A stretch of 64,000 nucleotides of DNA from Octopus vulgaris (lineage: Eukaryota): positions 94,736,001 through 94,800,000 of the forward strand of contig OX597818.1 in the NCBI GenBank assembly GCA_951406725.2. Reading direction: 5' to 3'. Shown in pieces: positions 1 through 13,819 of this stretch; the first letter of the stretch is position 1, and each line of letters starts with the position of its first letter. The notes below the pieces were generated by a model. The model saw nothing but the letters and a program-made list of their open reading frames with translations, made no database searches and had not been told where the DNA came from. The position numbers and the translations under genes were made by a program.

Positions 1-3000
1 TAACAAATTTTCTATTACTTATCTGTTAAACTTTAATTAGATCACATGTGAAGATACGGATTGATGGTGCATGTTTGAAAACCCTACAGCTTGATGCCTT
101 TAACAAAGTTAGATTTAAGTATGAATTCAAACCTCGCTGCACTTTCAAAGCTTTAACTTGCCATCAACTGTGTCTTACAGATTGGTCTTACATGTAGGTT
201 TCATTTCTATCAATTTTTTTTTTAATGTCTCAGACCATCACAATTATGGACAAGCTGAAAAACCAACTAAATATACATAAATATTAAACTACACTACTTT
301 CAACGATAGTATTCATTTTTTCTTTTCTATTTTGAGATTTGTCTTCTAGTTTTCTTTCTTTTCTTTACGAACTATCTCTGATAACAAAAGTTTTGGTTTT
401 ATGTAGAAATCTTACAAATACAATGTTAAGTTTTCATTTGGTAAATTTATATAACATTTTACTGATTAGAAATGGTTTATTGATTTCTATAGATTATACT
501 AATTTTAAAATATGTTTTTATATAGATAAGTATTGAGCTAAACAGATAGCTAGTGCTCTTAGTTTACTGATGTGAAGCTGCAAGCTGAACTCTTGAAAAT
601 TATCTATATTTCCTTCTGGAATGTTCCAAGGTTTTTCTCAATTTTTAATACCTCCACTTCATTAAGTAACATGCTATATATGTATTATCTGTCTCGAAAG
701 GAAGAAAGATGAGTATCTGTTGCAACGCAGTGCAATGTAATGCATTACATAATCTACAATTTGATATGTGCACCAAGATGGAAGTGAAGGAATGATTGTG
801 TTCTAAAGAATTAACTACGATTCACATTTAAGGGTGTATGTGTACAACCATGTATCTTTGTTCTCATAATATTTTCTTATTTTACTTTCCTGTTGGTTTC
901 AACATTTTCTCATAGACACATATATTATCATGTGTATAACTTTTAGAGCATTAAAGTTTTTATGAATCGGCACCTTTCTCGAAGCCAGCAAGAAAAACAG
1001 ATTGTTTCAAAGTCTTTTGTTTTTTAGAAGAACTTGCCCACTGCTACTCTCTGTAGGCTGCTCTGATATGGTTTGACCTAGTGGTCCCGAGACTATAGAC
1101 TACTATTACAAACACTTGAATTGCTGCTCTTACATTAGATGATCCTTTTTCTCTGGCATAAATGAAGTCACTTAATCTTTTATGGAACCACTGAATTGTT
1201 GACTTTAAACTTATTAGGGAACCATAGCAACCTGTGAAATACTGAAATGTAATATTTAAATTTCTTAATAGTAAGAAGTCTGTTTTTTTTCTTGTTTTTT
1301 TTTTTTCTCAGTTCCCACTAAATTAGTAGACCATGATGTGAGATAAACACATACATATGGATAAAAGGTGATATGATGCATTGATGTTAGATGATAGTAA
1401 ACTGAAGAAATAAGTCAGTTGTTATCTAATATCTGACCAAAATTGAATGCAGAAAAGAAGGAGCTAATGTTTCAAGTAGAGCCTTTAATTATGGTTTAAT
1501 CACTAAGGGATGCAGTTCTCATGGTCTTTATAAGTCCTCCAAAACTAGTGGAGGTGAAGGGAAGAAAGTAAGAAATTATGATCCATGGCATATTGCAATA
1601 GGAAACAATTCATCAAAATGTTCATGCTATCCTCTTAATGTATGCAACAGAAAATACTCCACTAAAGGCACCCAAGGGTCAGATATGTTGTGCCAAACTG
1701 GGGAACAGATTAAGTTTACCATTCAAGATTATTAAAGATTTCTCCCTGAATCATTATATTGTCTTAGTTAAGAGGGCTGTTTGTGCCATCACACTCATAT
1801 ACTTTAATTACTGCTCTTCGTTGGTTAATCACAAATAGTCTGTGGGAATTATATGGTTTATATTGGAAGTCTGCATATTAATGTCCTTCTCTCAAGGTCA
1901 TAGTAACTGTAGTAAATACTGAACTCATATCCATCCGGTAACAGTCCATTGTCTTAATTTTAACCACAAGGTCATTGTATCCAAAGAGTCTATTGCACAA
2001 GGTTTTCTGTAAGATCTGAAAGAGGTAAAGACCAAGACAGCGTGGCATGGTTAATATATTTTATATATCATATATACTATATGTACTTTCTCACATGTAT
2101 GCACATATATCCTCACATACCTAAACATCTGATAAATAGTCTACAGAAAAGTAGGAACCACTACAGAAAAGTTGGAGTAAGTGGGACATGCTGTTTGAGT
2201 TGTAATTTGAAGATTTAAAGTAGTAGTTGAATCATAATATAATTCTAAAAGGATTGTGAAAAACAAAATCTTTCACTTAGGTTTTGAAAATTTTGATGAA
2301 ATCTAATGGTTGCTGTGCTAAAACTAAGGAATAATTCCCTAGAAAATTATTAAATGTGAATTGTATTAAAGTTTTTGAAAATTGTTTTATATTTAAATAT
2401 TAAAAAAGTCACCAAACATTTATTAATGCACCCAAGTAAATCTTGTTAGTAAAGGGGTGTATAGTGGGGATTCATACACTAGGAAGGAGTTTCAAAGTCT
2501 TTTACACAAAAAAACTATGTAACAAGAATTAGAAAGTAGATTCTTGTGGATGTGAAGTACAGCTGGAAAGTTAGAAAGTGCAGAGTTGGAGGGTAGTCCA
2601 CAAGTTGTAAATATGTAAGAGATAAAGCAGAGTGTTTTCTTTTCTTCAGAACTTAAAATTGATGAGTAAATCAACTCTTCAATGACTATAATTAGCACAA
2701 TAGAAGCAAGCTTGAATCTACATGTCAAGTATCAAATATTTCTATTTTTGTTACAATGTCTCATGTAGTCCAATCAGATTAGTTCTTCATGTCAGGAATA
2801 GAATGTAATATCTTTCTTGGAAATAATTATTTTCTTACTTTTTTGGTGTGATAATGCTTCTGAAAATAGAAGTTTGTTATGTAAGATCTCGTGTAAGTCC
2901 TAGACAATTATTTCAGTCTACATTTTTACTGAGAGATAGATTAATAATGTTGTATAGACAAGAATTACTTCCAAAAGTTTTATTCAGTGATTCAATTCTG

Positions 3001-3092
3001 CTGTCATTCTTGTTGTTTTTCTTTATTTGATGAACCTGAGCCAACTCATGTGCACCGTGGCTGATATTACATTTAAAACATTCTACACATAT

Positions 3093-3755
3093 GAACAAGA
3101 GAGAAGGAGACACTGATGGTCCTATGGAAAACATTTGTCCTCAGCCGCTTGGACTACTGCTCCCAACTTTGGTCACTACACAATATAAAACAAACAGCAG
3201 AACTCGAAGCAACTCAGAGAAGCTACACAAAGAAAATCGTCTCAATGCAAAATGTCAGCTACTGGGAAAGACTGAAGGTATTAAACCTCTTCTCCCTGGA
3301 GCGGAGGCGGGAGAGATATGCAGTGATATACATCTGGAAAATCCTGGAGGGTCTTGTCCCAAACTTTGGCATTCAAAGTTACTCCAACTGCAGAACGGGG
3401 CGCCGCTGCGTGGTGCCAAGGATTCCAACATCACCATCAAAATACAGGTCCAGATACTGCAACAGCTTGGGTTTCAGAGGACCACAGCTCTTTAACATCC
3501 TCCCTAAATGCCTGAGAGACTTACATGGTGTGGATGTGGGTTTCTTTAAAACTAAACTGGATCTCTTCTTGTTGGGAGTCCCAGATGAACCTACCTCACG
3601 ACAGGAGACACGGATGCGGGCAGCAGCATTGAACTCCCTTGTTGATCAAGTGCCACATATCAGAGGTGGATTCACAAACTAGTGTAGCTCATTCAGCGGT
3701 GGTGCCCCAGCATGGCTGCGGCCTTCGGGCTGAAACATTTTTAAGGATTTAAGGA
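3093..3755 (+). mobile_element. 5'-truncated CR1/L2-type LINE (ORF2 C-terminus plus 3' UTR)
   Basis: ORF 3116-3682 (LDYCSQLWS...SLERRRERY...IWKILEGLVPN) is homologous to the C-terminus of the LINE at 32016-35118. 3' stem-loop at 3719-3732 and (TTTAAGGA)2 tail. Confidence 0.9.
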
Positions 3756-4488
3756 TATAGCAACATTTTACATTTCACAACATTCTCCACAGCTTAGAGT
3801 TCCAATTATTGACGAGGATATACAATACACTGGCTTTGATATAAAATGTTATCTGATTATATTGAAATTTTAATGGGCAGTTGTGGCTCAAAATCATTTG
3901 AAATAATGAAGTATTTATTCATTAAAAGAACTATTATAAACTTCACATTTCATTAAGTTTTCTTGTAATTTCTCAATTCCTGCTATTTATAAGTTTTCAT
4001 AGGGCAAGGTGCAAAGTCCCTGCAATTTACAGTATCTTCTCATTCTCCATTAAATCTAACAGTTTCATATGAATTAGCATCCACCAACTGAATTTCTTCA
4101 ATTAAAGGACCTGTTTTTGATTAGTGAAAATGGGTTTCCTCAAGAAAACATTTCCACTTAGCATCATCCAAATTGGTTTACTTCTATTACTTGTTGTACT
4201 TCTTGAGTAAAGAAATAATCTTTCATGAGGTGTGCTGTTAGTTGCTGTTTATAAAAGTGGTTTCCTTGAATAAAAGGCTTCTAGGAGAACTAGCTCCTAC
4301 TTGAACATATTAAGATTTGTAATCTTCAAGTCTAAATCATATGGTCTTTCACAATTTGCAAAGATATCACTTGCATTGGCTATCCTCCTGTTGATTATAT
4401 GGAGTACTGCAGCTATGATTTATTCCCAAGTTTGATCAAAATGATTTAAAATTCCAAAGATATAATCTAAGATTTTTAGTTACAATGT

Positions 4489-5230
4489 ACAGGATGAGTA
4501 AAGCTACTAAGAACAAACCATAAAAAAAACAAAGATGCCAAACAGGAAAACAATATACTCCCAGGGAAAATAGTACAAACATTCAATTGAATACATAAAA
4601 AAAACTGGCCATTTAACATAACTACTTAAATAATGGCTTCAATGTGGCCACAGAAGCAATTGCAAACTAGGATCAAGTCCCTCACCCCTGCTGTACACAC
4701 TACTACATGACAAGAACTCTGATATATCCTTGGCAAAATAGGCATGGTGGCCAGTTGACATTCTCCTCAACAGTGCCCCAAACACAGCAATCCAGGGAAT
4801 TCAAATCAGGTGAGCTAGGAAGCTCATGATCACACTGTTATTTTTCTCTGTAACATGTATAACTCCCACCAGGTGTCCATGTACACCACATATTTGACAT
4901 TATGGACTTTGCCATCTGGAGCAGCTTTGGTGATTAACCTCATCAATACACTAGAGTTGTCATTGATGATAGCTTGCAAACTGTTGGATAAATGCAACTA
5001 GCTTCGCTACATCTGACCACTGAGATGTTTCTTTTTCTCGGCCACAGATGACATGCTTCTACTAGAGGCTGACTTTCAATACAATAAACTTGGTTATGTT
5101 AAAGAAGCTGGCCATCTTCAAGTATCTGCGGTTGGTGGCTAAAACCAAGCATAGTGGACCCTTTTTATTTCTCGTCAGTTTGGAATCTACCATGTTGATT
5201 TTGTCAGTGTATCTGAATGAAAAATAAGAA
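4489..5230 (-). mobile_element. Degraded Tc1/mariner-superfamily (maT-like) fragment nested in the Gypsy fossil
   Basis: Minus strand at about 4822-4776 reads PSSPDLNSLDCCVWG (compare the SPDLNPLDY motif). TA-CAGGATG-like end near 4488. Second end not found. Confidence 0.55.
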
Positions 5231-5337
5231 AGTTAAAATTTAGCATACACTACATAATAATGTTAGGCCATGTGCTTATTTTTGATACATGATTCCTTTA
5301 GTTGCATGAAGCCTATAAATAATTGCATTTAATACAA

Positions 5338-5395
5338 ATGGTGGTGCTCCCACCATGGCCACAGCTCATGAACTGAAACTAGATCAAATCAAATC
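5338..5395 (+). repeat. Isolated 3' tail of the CR1/L2-type LINE or its partner SINE
   Basis: atggtggtgctcccaccatggccacagctcatgaactgaaac matches the tail at 32016-32048 (minus strand), followed by short atcaa repeats. Confidence 0.7.
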
Positions 5396-6941
5396 GTATA
5401 CAATTGTAGGTACCTTCATACACATGTACTTATATCCTCACATACCTAAACATTTGGTTAGATTGTAAATATTTAGTTGTTAGGCACCACTGAATGCATA
5501 TTGACTTGACTGATTTTGTTGGGGCAATCTTTACAGGAGGCATAGGTCATCTATACTAAAAAGTAAAATTTTGAATTTCCTATAGTGATAAAAGCCAATG
5601 AATGACACGATGGCAAAGATGAATTTGAGAGAGAGAAAATTTGAAGAAGTATGGCAAATTCTGGAGAAAGCATCAGCAATGGTGTTTTCTTTTTCAGAAT
5701 GATTTACAGAATTCCAATCACCAATGTATCAGTTTATTATTTTAATCTTTGATAAATATTTGTAGCTGAAAATAAAAACAACACTTTCTTGATCTGTTAA
5801 TAGTTGGAAAGGTTTTGCAATTAATCAATATCTCCACTTTATGTCACTCTCAGTAAGGCTTTTCATTCAATCAATGTATTTTATGTCCTTGAAAAATATG
5901 TTAAAGATTGATTATTTTGCAGCAATACACCAAATATGGCCACTTCAGAGGCATTAGTTTGAAGTGCAAATATTTTAGATTCATCAGCTGTTCCAAATGT
6001 AGCTTTGATAATACAAAATTCAAGACAAGTAAAGATCACAATTTTATGATTATACTAAAAGATAACATGAAATTGGTGAAAAGTGGCTTTCTTCTTCTTT
6101 GTGCCATCAGGTCAAAGAAAATTCTCAATAACTTTTCTGACAGTGGCTGTGTGCTTTCCATGGAATTTTTGTGGAAGAATACAAAAGTGGTTTCTTGTTG
6201 TTTTCCTTCAGTTATTTTTTCAAGACACTATTTCATTGACTAGATGTAGACAAGTTCTCTATGCATGCCCGGGTACTCAAAACATAAAGAGCTGAAACAC
6301 ATACCACAAAATATTTTGTCCAATGCTCTAACAATTCCAACATTATTTAAATGAAGTAAAGTTGGCTTTACTTCATCTAATTAATGTGGAATTCACCTGA
6401 AACAGAATGAGAACAATCTTTGGAATGATTTTTTATTATTTGAAGGAAATTAATGCTTCTAATCTTTCTGGATCTGGTTGTAGAATTCTAAAATAAAAAT
6501 TTTTCTTTTTTTATCCCAGAAAATAGATAAGTGTATTCATTTATCCTCATTAATGTTGCATTCAGATGATAAAAGTAATTATGGTATCAGTTATTCTTTG
6601 AAAAGCTGCTACAGCATTCTTCAACTGAAAGAGTAAAACTTATATGAATTTGCTCTATTTTCAAATTTCATATAAGATCAGTCATCAACATGTAGTGGCA
6701 CTTACTAATAAGCTTATTTTAAAGTCCAGCTTGTTAGTATATTTTGAGATGTTCTTTATCAGAGTTAAAATTAAAAGAAAGGGATATGCATCAGGAAAAG
6801 TGGGCTGTTTTTATTTTTTACAGTTTTTCTTAACTAAAACCTTGGTATCTCATGGAGAAACACTGTCCTATGATATCTCTCTTAACAAGTTACTGAGCAA
6901 TCCAAAAAAAAAAAAAATTACAAAATAAAAGGAACCATATA

Positions 6942-7330
6942 GGCGCAGGAGTGGCTGTGTGGTAAGTAGCTTGCTAACCAACCACATGGTTCCGGGTTCA
7001 GTCCCACTGCATGGCATCTTGGGCAAGTGTCTTCTGCTATAGCCCCGGGCCAACCAATGCCTTGTGAGTGGATTTGGTAGACGGAAACTGAAAGAAGCCT
7101 GTCGTATATATGTATATATATGTGTGTTTGTGTGTGTGTGTTTGTCCCCCTAGCATTGCTTGGCAACTGATGCTGGTGTGTTTACGTCCCCGTTACTTAG
7201 CGGTTCGGCAAAAGAGACCGATAGAATAAGTACTGGGCTTACAAAGAATAAGTCCCGGGGTTGATTTGCTCGACTAAAGGCGGTGCTCCAGCATGGCCGC
7301 AGTCAAATGACTGAAACAAGTAAAAGAGTA
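6942..7330 (+). mobile_element. Young full-length tRNA-derived SINE with LINE-type 3' tail
   Basis: A box (tggctgtgtgg) and B box (gggttcagtccc), internal (TA)/(TG) microsatellite, tail ggcggtgctccagcatggccgcagtcaaatgactgaaac. Near-identical inverted copy at 52208-52604. Confidence 0.9.
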
Positions 7331-10300
7331 TGTATAGGTTATAGCTTTCTGATTTTTTAAAATCAAAACCCTTAAAAATTTGAGATGGGTCTCAAAGCAC
7401 AGTAGTTAGGTAATATATTGAAAGTTTAGTTGGAGTGCTACTGTATTTAATCTCCACACTTTTGTGGAGAGACATAGAGAGATGTAAAACTTTGTTCCAA
7501 CAATAAAGGTACAGAAAGATTATCCATTGTTGAAAATTTGACATTATTGTAAATATTGTCATTACAAATAATAAAACCTAATTACATTTCTTTGTGTTAA
7601 AGAAGCCATTGTAATTATCGAAGTAAATTTAATAGGCAATTTCATATTAATGGCAAAGCAATGCCAATAAAATTTTCTGTACTTCCTGAATCAATTAGTG
7701 TCAACATCTTCATTATTTATTATAGCTGTAGCAATTTTTGAGCAGAATCTGAAACAAAGATAAATGTAAAAATGGCACTTGATGACATTATTATTAGATC
7801 AACATATTTCCATTTTTCCACCTGATCAACATGGGATTTTTGGTGAGACAATCCTGTCTTTTATGAATACTACTACCATGGAAAAAGTATTTATAATCCT
7901 TTCTAGTTGCAGCCAGAGAAAGATAATCATTAGAATTATTTTGATTGTGTTGTAAAGGCTCTGATACTGCATTAGCAGAATATGTTATTGAATATGAATT
8001 ATAGTGATTAACATTTATCTGAGGCTGTGCAATTACTACTATTTGTGCTTCTTGTATTGCACCATCTAACTTGAGTTCACTACTTTCAAGTAATCTTTGA
8101 ATTATTGTTTTGTTGTAAAATTGTAACAAAGACATTGTGTTCCTTGTTCACAACATTCAAGTGACAGATATTGCTTAAATATAAATATCTTGGCTTAAAA
8201 GTCACAAGTCATGATGGATTCTGGTGCTTGTTGTTTGTGATTTGCCCATAAGTGACAAGCAAAATCTACAATAAAAAGATTTATTAATGCAGTCAGAAAG
8301 GTATTACATGTTGTAATGTGTTTGCAAATGTTTATAAAAATTGTTAATTAAGAATTTCTTATCTTCCTTCATCATTGTGCTTTTGCTTCAAAAATTTCAA
8401 AAATGCAATACCAGAATTATACTTTGCTTGGGTTTGCAAATCAGATTAAATAATACCAAATAATTTTGAATGTAAAAAATTTGTCCATAATTTTGTGCTT
8501 GCAGTTAGCTGCAAGGATTTGTTTCAGTGCATCTATATTTCTTTATTCTTGTTGCTTTACTGTTCTATACTGGATATGCTGTCTATTGGCAACACAGAAA
8601 CTAAGCATACTGACTCCCTTGATAATACATTTTGTTCTATTTTACTTACAAACTGCTTTCCATTGAGTATCAATCACAACAACAGTGTTAACTACAGTAG
8701 TAGCAACAACAGTCATAGCAATTCTAGTTATAGTAAAGCTATCTCACATGAATCCATCAGAAAGTCAAGCAAATCACTGAATAAACTGATGTGTATTTTC
8801 TTCCATAAATTTTATGCAGTAATTCAAATCTTCTGCCATTCCTGTTTTCATGACTTAAGAGTTGTGAGCATTGTATTTCATATCTTTAAATCATTGCACA
8901 CACACACACTCATAAATACATGACAAATTTCACATTTCACAATAAATACAATATATTCATAAATAATAATAATGATAATAAACACATTCATATTTTAAAC
9001 AATTATTGTTTTGGTATTGGTTACTTTGCACTTACTAAGTTAAATTTCATTTAGTTTTTAATATTAGTCAATGTTCTCTGACATAGCAATTAACCCAAAT
9101 TTTCATCACTTATACTAAGTGTTAAGTTTTTATATTTAATGTGCTTTTAGTATATTGTGTTCATCATCTGTATATTTCTTTAGAAATTAAAAAAAAATGA
9201 CAATTTGCATCTCTTCGCAATCCATTATCTCTACCACTACTACTTCATCATATCATAATGTTCTGTTTACTGAATTTCATCTTTTCAGCCATATTCTCTT
9301 CACTCTAGGCCTTATAACTATCATAAAGGATTTTATGCTGGAATGCACTTGTGGACGTTTCTGTCCTAATGAGCTGCTTCTCATTGCTATATTTTTAGAG
9401 CTTGAGTAAGAGGTATGAAAGTGAGCCTAGCTTAAACTTTGTTAGTAAAAAGAGACAGAAAATTACCTTAGCTCCAGAAAAGAGATTTTCTGGGTGTACA
9501 GGAAGTATATATACAGGAGTTCAATACTGTTTGACCAGTACAAACAATTGATTTTTAAACTAGAAACAAGGCTATAAATGTTGGTGTAGGTATACTCAGT
9601 TATATCAACCCCAATGAGATTTGAACTCAAAGCATACAGATATGTTGTTTAATGCAGCAAGCCATGTTGTCTAGTACTCCACTGGTTCTGCCAGTTTATT
9701 ATCCACTATGAACAGTTGCTATACAAATGTATAGTGGGTTCTGTGACTGAATGGATGAGAACCATGGTTTCAAGTGCAGCTTAAGCACTAGAATAGCTAT
9801 CAACCTGAACAACTTTTGGCCCATTAAAAATGGGAAATAAAGCCTTGTTGCATAGGTGATAATTTTTATATTGGACATAATATAGGAGGTTAGATTTAAA
9901 GATAGTAAGAATAGAACTGCCACTTTTGCAACAAATGAGTTCTTCCTCCACATCAAAAGACAAATAAGTTGTGACATCTGTCAGAGGTTTCATAGTATAT
10001 TGTAAGACATGGATAATGAGTGTAGATGTCTATAAATAGTGTTGTGTGATGTGCATGATAGTGAAACATTGGCAGTGAATGTTGAGGATTATATGCAGTG
10101 CATATACCAGATAAGTTCAATTATGAATATAAAGGTCGATATTTTGGATTTATAAAATGTGTGTGACAGTGTATAGTAGTGAAATATGATCAGTGAATGT
10201 GTATGGTGTGTGTAAGATGTGTGATAATATATAATAGTGAACATTGGCAATTAATATAGAAGGCAACATAGAGTGTATGGTGTTGCATGATAGGAATACA

Positions 10301-10354
10301 CAAACGACTAGAGGATTTACAATAATCAGAGACAGATAAGTTAATTATTTACTA

Positions 10355-10749
10355 CTAGCAGTATCACCCGGCGTTGCTCGGGTTTGTAAGGAAAATAACT
10401 ATATAAGCATTTTTAGAGAGTTATAGCCAAAAAATAGCAAAAAATGCATTAAAAATGGGGAAAAAATTATGGTAATTTTTTTTTTAAATCGTTGACTCAT
10501 CATAGACATTTTTAGAGAGTTACTTCCCTTATATAATAGCGAAAAAATGCATTAAAATGGGAAAAAATGATGGTAAATTTTTTATTAAATCGTAGACTCA
10601 TCGTAGACACGCGCTAATACCCAGAAGGGCTCGATATGAATCACGACTATAAGATACCCGTTTGGTTAAACTGCACCGCAAAATGTGGGAGTAGTTAGGA
10701 ATCTAAATCGTAGGAGAGAGACACACAACTTGACTTTTATATATAAAGA
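10355..10749 (-). mobile_element. Non-autonomous Helitron (about 395 bp)
   Basis: On the minus strand it starts TC and ends CTAG, inserted between A and T with no TSD. GC-rich subterminal hairpin cccggcgttgctcggg at 10367-10382. Internal tandem duplication of about 100 bp (about 10408-10608). Confidence 0.85.
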
Positions 10750-11489
10750 TTAGATGTTAATAACCATTATAAGAAAGGTTAATTATAAGAGGACAAAACG
10801 ATGATCAATGCATACATAGAGTGTATGGTGGTATAAACATAACATATGATTGGTTGTTAGATATATTGTGAAAATGAGTGAGAGCTGGGATAAAAGTAGG
10901 CTGAAGAAAGCAAGGTATTTTTAGTCATATGGGAATATTGACTGTCATTGACAAAATAGTATATCAAAATTTGTAAAGATAACTTTTCTACACCACAGGC
11001 ATTTCTAATAATAACAAGGATCTTCTCAAATTTAACAGTTAAATGTTATGTATTTGTTAACATTAAATAAATAAAGCACCCTGTGCACACTATAAAGTGG
11101 GTTTTAAGAAGGGCATCCAGTCATAGAAACCATGCTAAAGATGACACTGTAGCTCATTACAGTCTTATGGCTTGTCATATTCTGTCAAATCGTCTACCTA
11201 TGCCAGCATGGAATATGAATATTAAGTAACTCTGATAATGATAGCTATAATTCTTACTAATAGATTTATCATCTTACTTACAGATTTATGTGCTAATAAA
11301 TTCCATTGTTGATCACAGAAAAAGTCAAATCAGAAAAGTCAAAATTTAATCAAGATGACTAGCATATGTTTACATATCATATCATTTCTTTTACTGTAAC
11401 AGCTTCTCAGAATAATATCTCCAGTTTCAAGATGATATTAATAGATTTAGTGTGTGACATATTTTATGTGTATGCAAATCTCTGTAAGT

Positions 11490-12180
11490 CATCATCATCG
11501 TTGTTTAATGTTTACTTTCGATGCTAGCATGAGTTGAACGGTTTGACATGGATCTGGCTAGCAGAGAGCTATCCAGACTCCAACTGTCTGTTGAGGCATG
11601 GTTTCTACAGTTTCATGCCCCTCCTGATGCCAACCACCTAACAGTGTGCTGGGTGTTTTTTGCATACTATTGGCATGGTTGCATTTACACAACACCAGCA
11701 CAGATGCGTTAACACAGCACTAGCACAAGTGCTTTTTAAGTAGCAGACAGCAATTTTATTTAGCTTGACATGTCTTGTCAAGTGCAGCAAATTTCCACAT
11801 CTCCCAGTCCCTTGCCATTTCTTCAGTGAAGCCCAGTGTCTGAAGATTCTTTCTCACCACTTTTTCCCATGTCTTCCTGGGTCTATCCCTTCCACAGGTA
11901 CCCTCCACAGTTAGAGCTCAACACTTCTTTATGCAGCTGTCCTCATCCATACGCATCACATGACCAAACCTGTGCAGTCTTCTCTCTTGCGCACATCTTT
12001 TGCCTCTTATACCCAGGTTTCTTCTTAAATAATTTACACTCTGTCATACTTGTACACTGATATTACTCATCCAGTGGAGCATGCTAGCTTCATTTCTTAC
12101 AACCCTTCACAAGTCCTCTGTAGTCAAAGCCCACATTTCACAGACATGTAACATGGCTGTACATACACAGGTACCATACA
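11490..12180 (-). mobile_element. RTE-type LINE 3' fragment
   Basis: (CAT)n tail at the left end. The minus strand resembles the GHVxRMDEDSC...GRPRKTW C-terminus seen at 39400-39510. Confidence 0.75.
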
Positions 12181-12312
12181 TATTTTGATAAATATTACAT
12201 GATGTAATGTGTGGGGATGGGGAAGGGGTTAAGATTTTTCTGACTCTAGTTTAGACAACACTAAACTAATATAGTTCTGGCCATGCTGTAGCATCCTCTC
12301 ATTATTCTAAAG

Positions 12313-12535
12313 CAGTGGTTCTCAACTGTGGTCCATATACAATTTTGTTGTTAAAATTTATCTGCAATAAATTTGTTATACTTCTACAATTCATAAAATA
12401 TTTTAACAATTTTTTTTAAACAATTCCTATTAATATTTAATTATATAAATATATATTTTTTTAAACATCAAATGGCTAAGAGAGTCCAACCAAGTAAAAT
12501 AGGAATCAAAGGGGTCTATTGGTAAAAAAAATGTT
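12313..12535. mobile_element. Truncated hAT-type MITE
   Basis: Begins CAGTGGTTCTCAAC. Internal sequence matches the complete copy at 15516-15770. Confidence 0.75.
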
Positions 12536-13819
12536 TAAAGCTTTTGGTTGATTCCAATAATGATTGTCTGTGCTTCACATTGTACATCTTTAATCAAACA
12601 CACCCAGTATTATGGATTTATAAACAATAATTACTTCTAAATGCATAGTATTTTTGAATGTTTAAATAATGCTATTCTATCTCTCACCCAAGTAATGGAT
12701 TTGATGTCTCTGTTGTACTCTATATACTTTTACATATAGGTGTCTTGTAATATTAGTTAGCATTTGAAAGGTATGAAGCATAAAAATCTATTGAATTATA
12801 AGATTTATAAGCAAATAGCCCAGAAATTTAGTTCTAATAAGTTAATAGATTAACTTTTCTTCTATATTTTCTTTTTTAACACTGATCTCAACCTAACATT
12901 AAAATTAAGTACTATCTTTAACTAATACTTTGGCTGGCCTATCACTTCTTGTGTCAGTTCAAATCATTCTCCTTTCTGCTTTGTTTACTCCTCTGTATGA
13001 TTGTCTGTAGTTTGTTATGATATGATTACATTATCTTGGCAAAATTACTGTGGCTTTTTACCATATTGAACAAAACATTCTTAACTTATTCAAATGCTAT
13101 ACTAAAGGTTTTCAGAATAGTTGAATTAAGAAGTTTGCTTTAGGTTCAATCTCAGTGGGAGATACTGTTGAGAAAATGCCTTCCACCATAATCTCAGTTT
13201 GACTCAAGCCTTGTAAATTAAATTAGGTAGATGGTAACTGTCTGGAAACCTAGTTCCATAGACGTTACCTGTAAATCAAAGAGTAAGTCTTATCACAGAC
13301 AATGTCATGCTAATTCTGCTTGAGGATTACATTATGAATACAAGAGTGTGAAATACTCAGCCATTTGGAGTATAATTCAGTATTGGTAGTTCTTTTGACT
13401 AAACAAGTGAAACACTCGTCAGCAAAACCTACGCAAGATTCAACACAGACACACACACACGCGCGATACATCCATACCTGTATATGTGCTTTCCATGCTG
13501 GCATAGATTAACCCATGCTTATATATTTATATGTACACACACACACAAAAACGAGTGTATGTGCATGTGTGTACATGTATATATATAGCCACTATGTGGA
13601 TATTTAAACCTCTTATAGGGATATTTTATCCAAGATACACTGGTTTAATAAATTATATTTCAAAGGGATATTTCTTCACAATGAGGATATCTAAACCTCT
13701 TATAGGGATATATATATATGGGGCTAAAAAGAGGTAGTGGTACTGTCCTAATCAGAACTTCCACTTTACATTGGTAAATAGACTTTACTCTCTCTATATA
13801 TATATGGATATATTATGCT

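Larger units (their letters stand above)
4005..8430 (-). mobile_element. Highly degraded Ty3/Gypsy LTR retrotransposon internal region (gag-RT-RNaseH-IN), interrupted by younger elements
   Basis: Minus-strand remnants in Gypsy order: gag-like IIQRLLE with decayed zinc knuckle YFFHGSSIHKRQDC (ORF 7794-8135); RT-like DAYP and KNAVAAFQRITD (about 6800-6580); RNase H LQTNASEVAIFGVLLQ...YFSRT (about 5990-5885); integrase STPYNQQEDSQC (about 4410-4370), ATNSTPHERLF (about 4245-4213) and TVNCRDFAP (about 4035-4008). LTRs not identified. Confidence 0.8.

Noticed and set aside
1500-2000. Possible Penelope RT remnant on the minus strand
   Set aside because: Only vague motif resemblance; too degraded to call by eye.
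6942-7020. tRNA-like A and B boxes
   Set aside because: These are SINE heads, not tRNA genes: no complete cloverleaf, and they continue into the SINE body.
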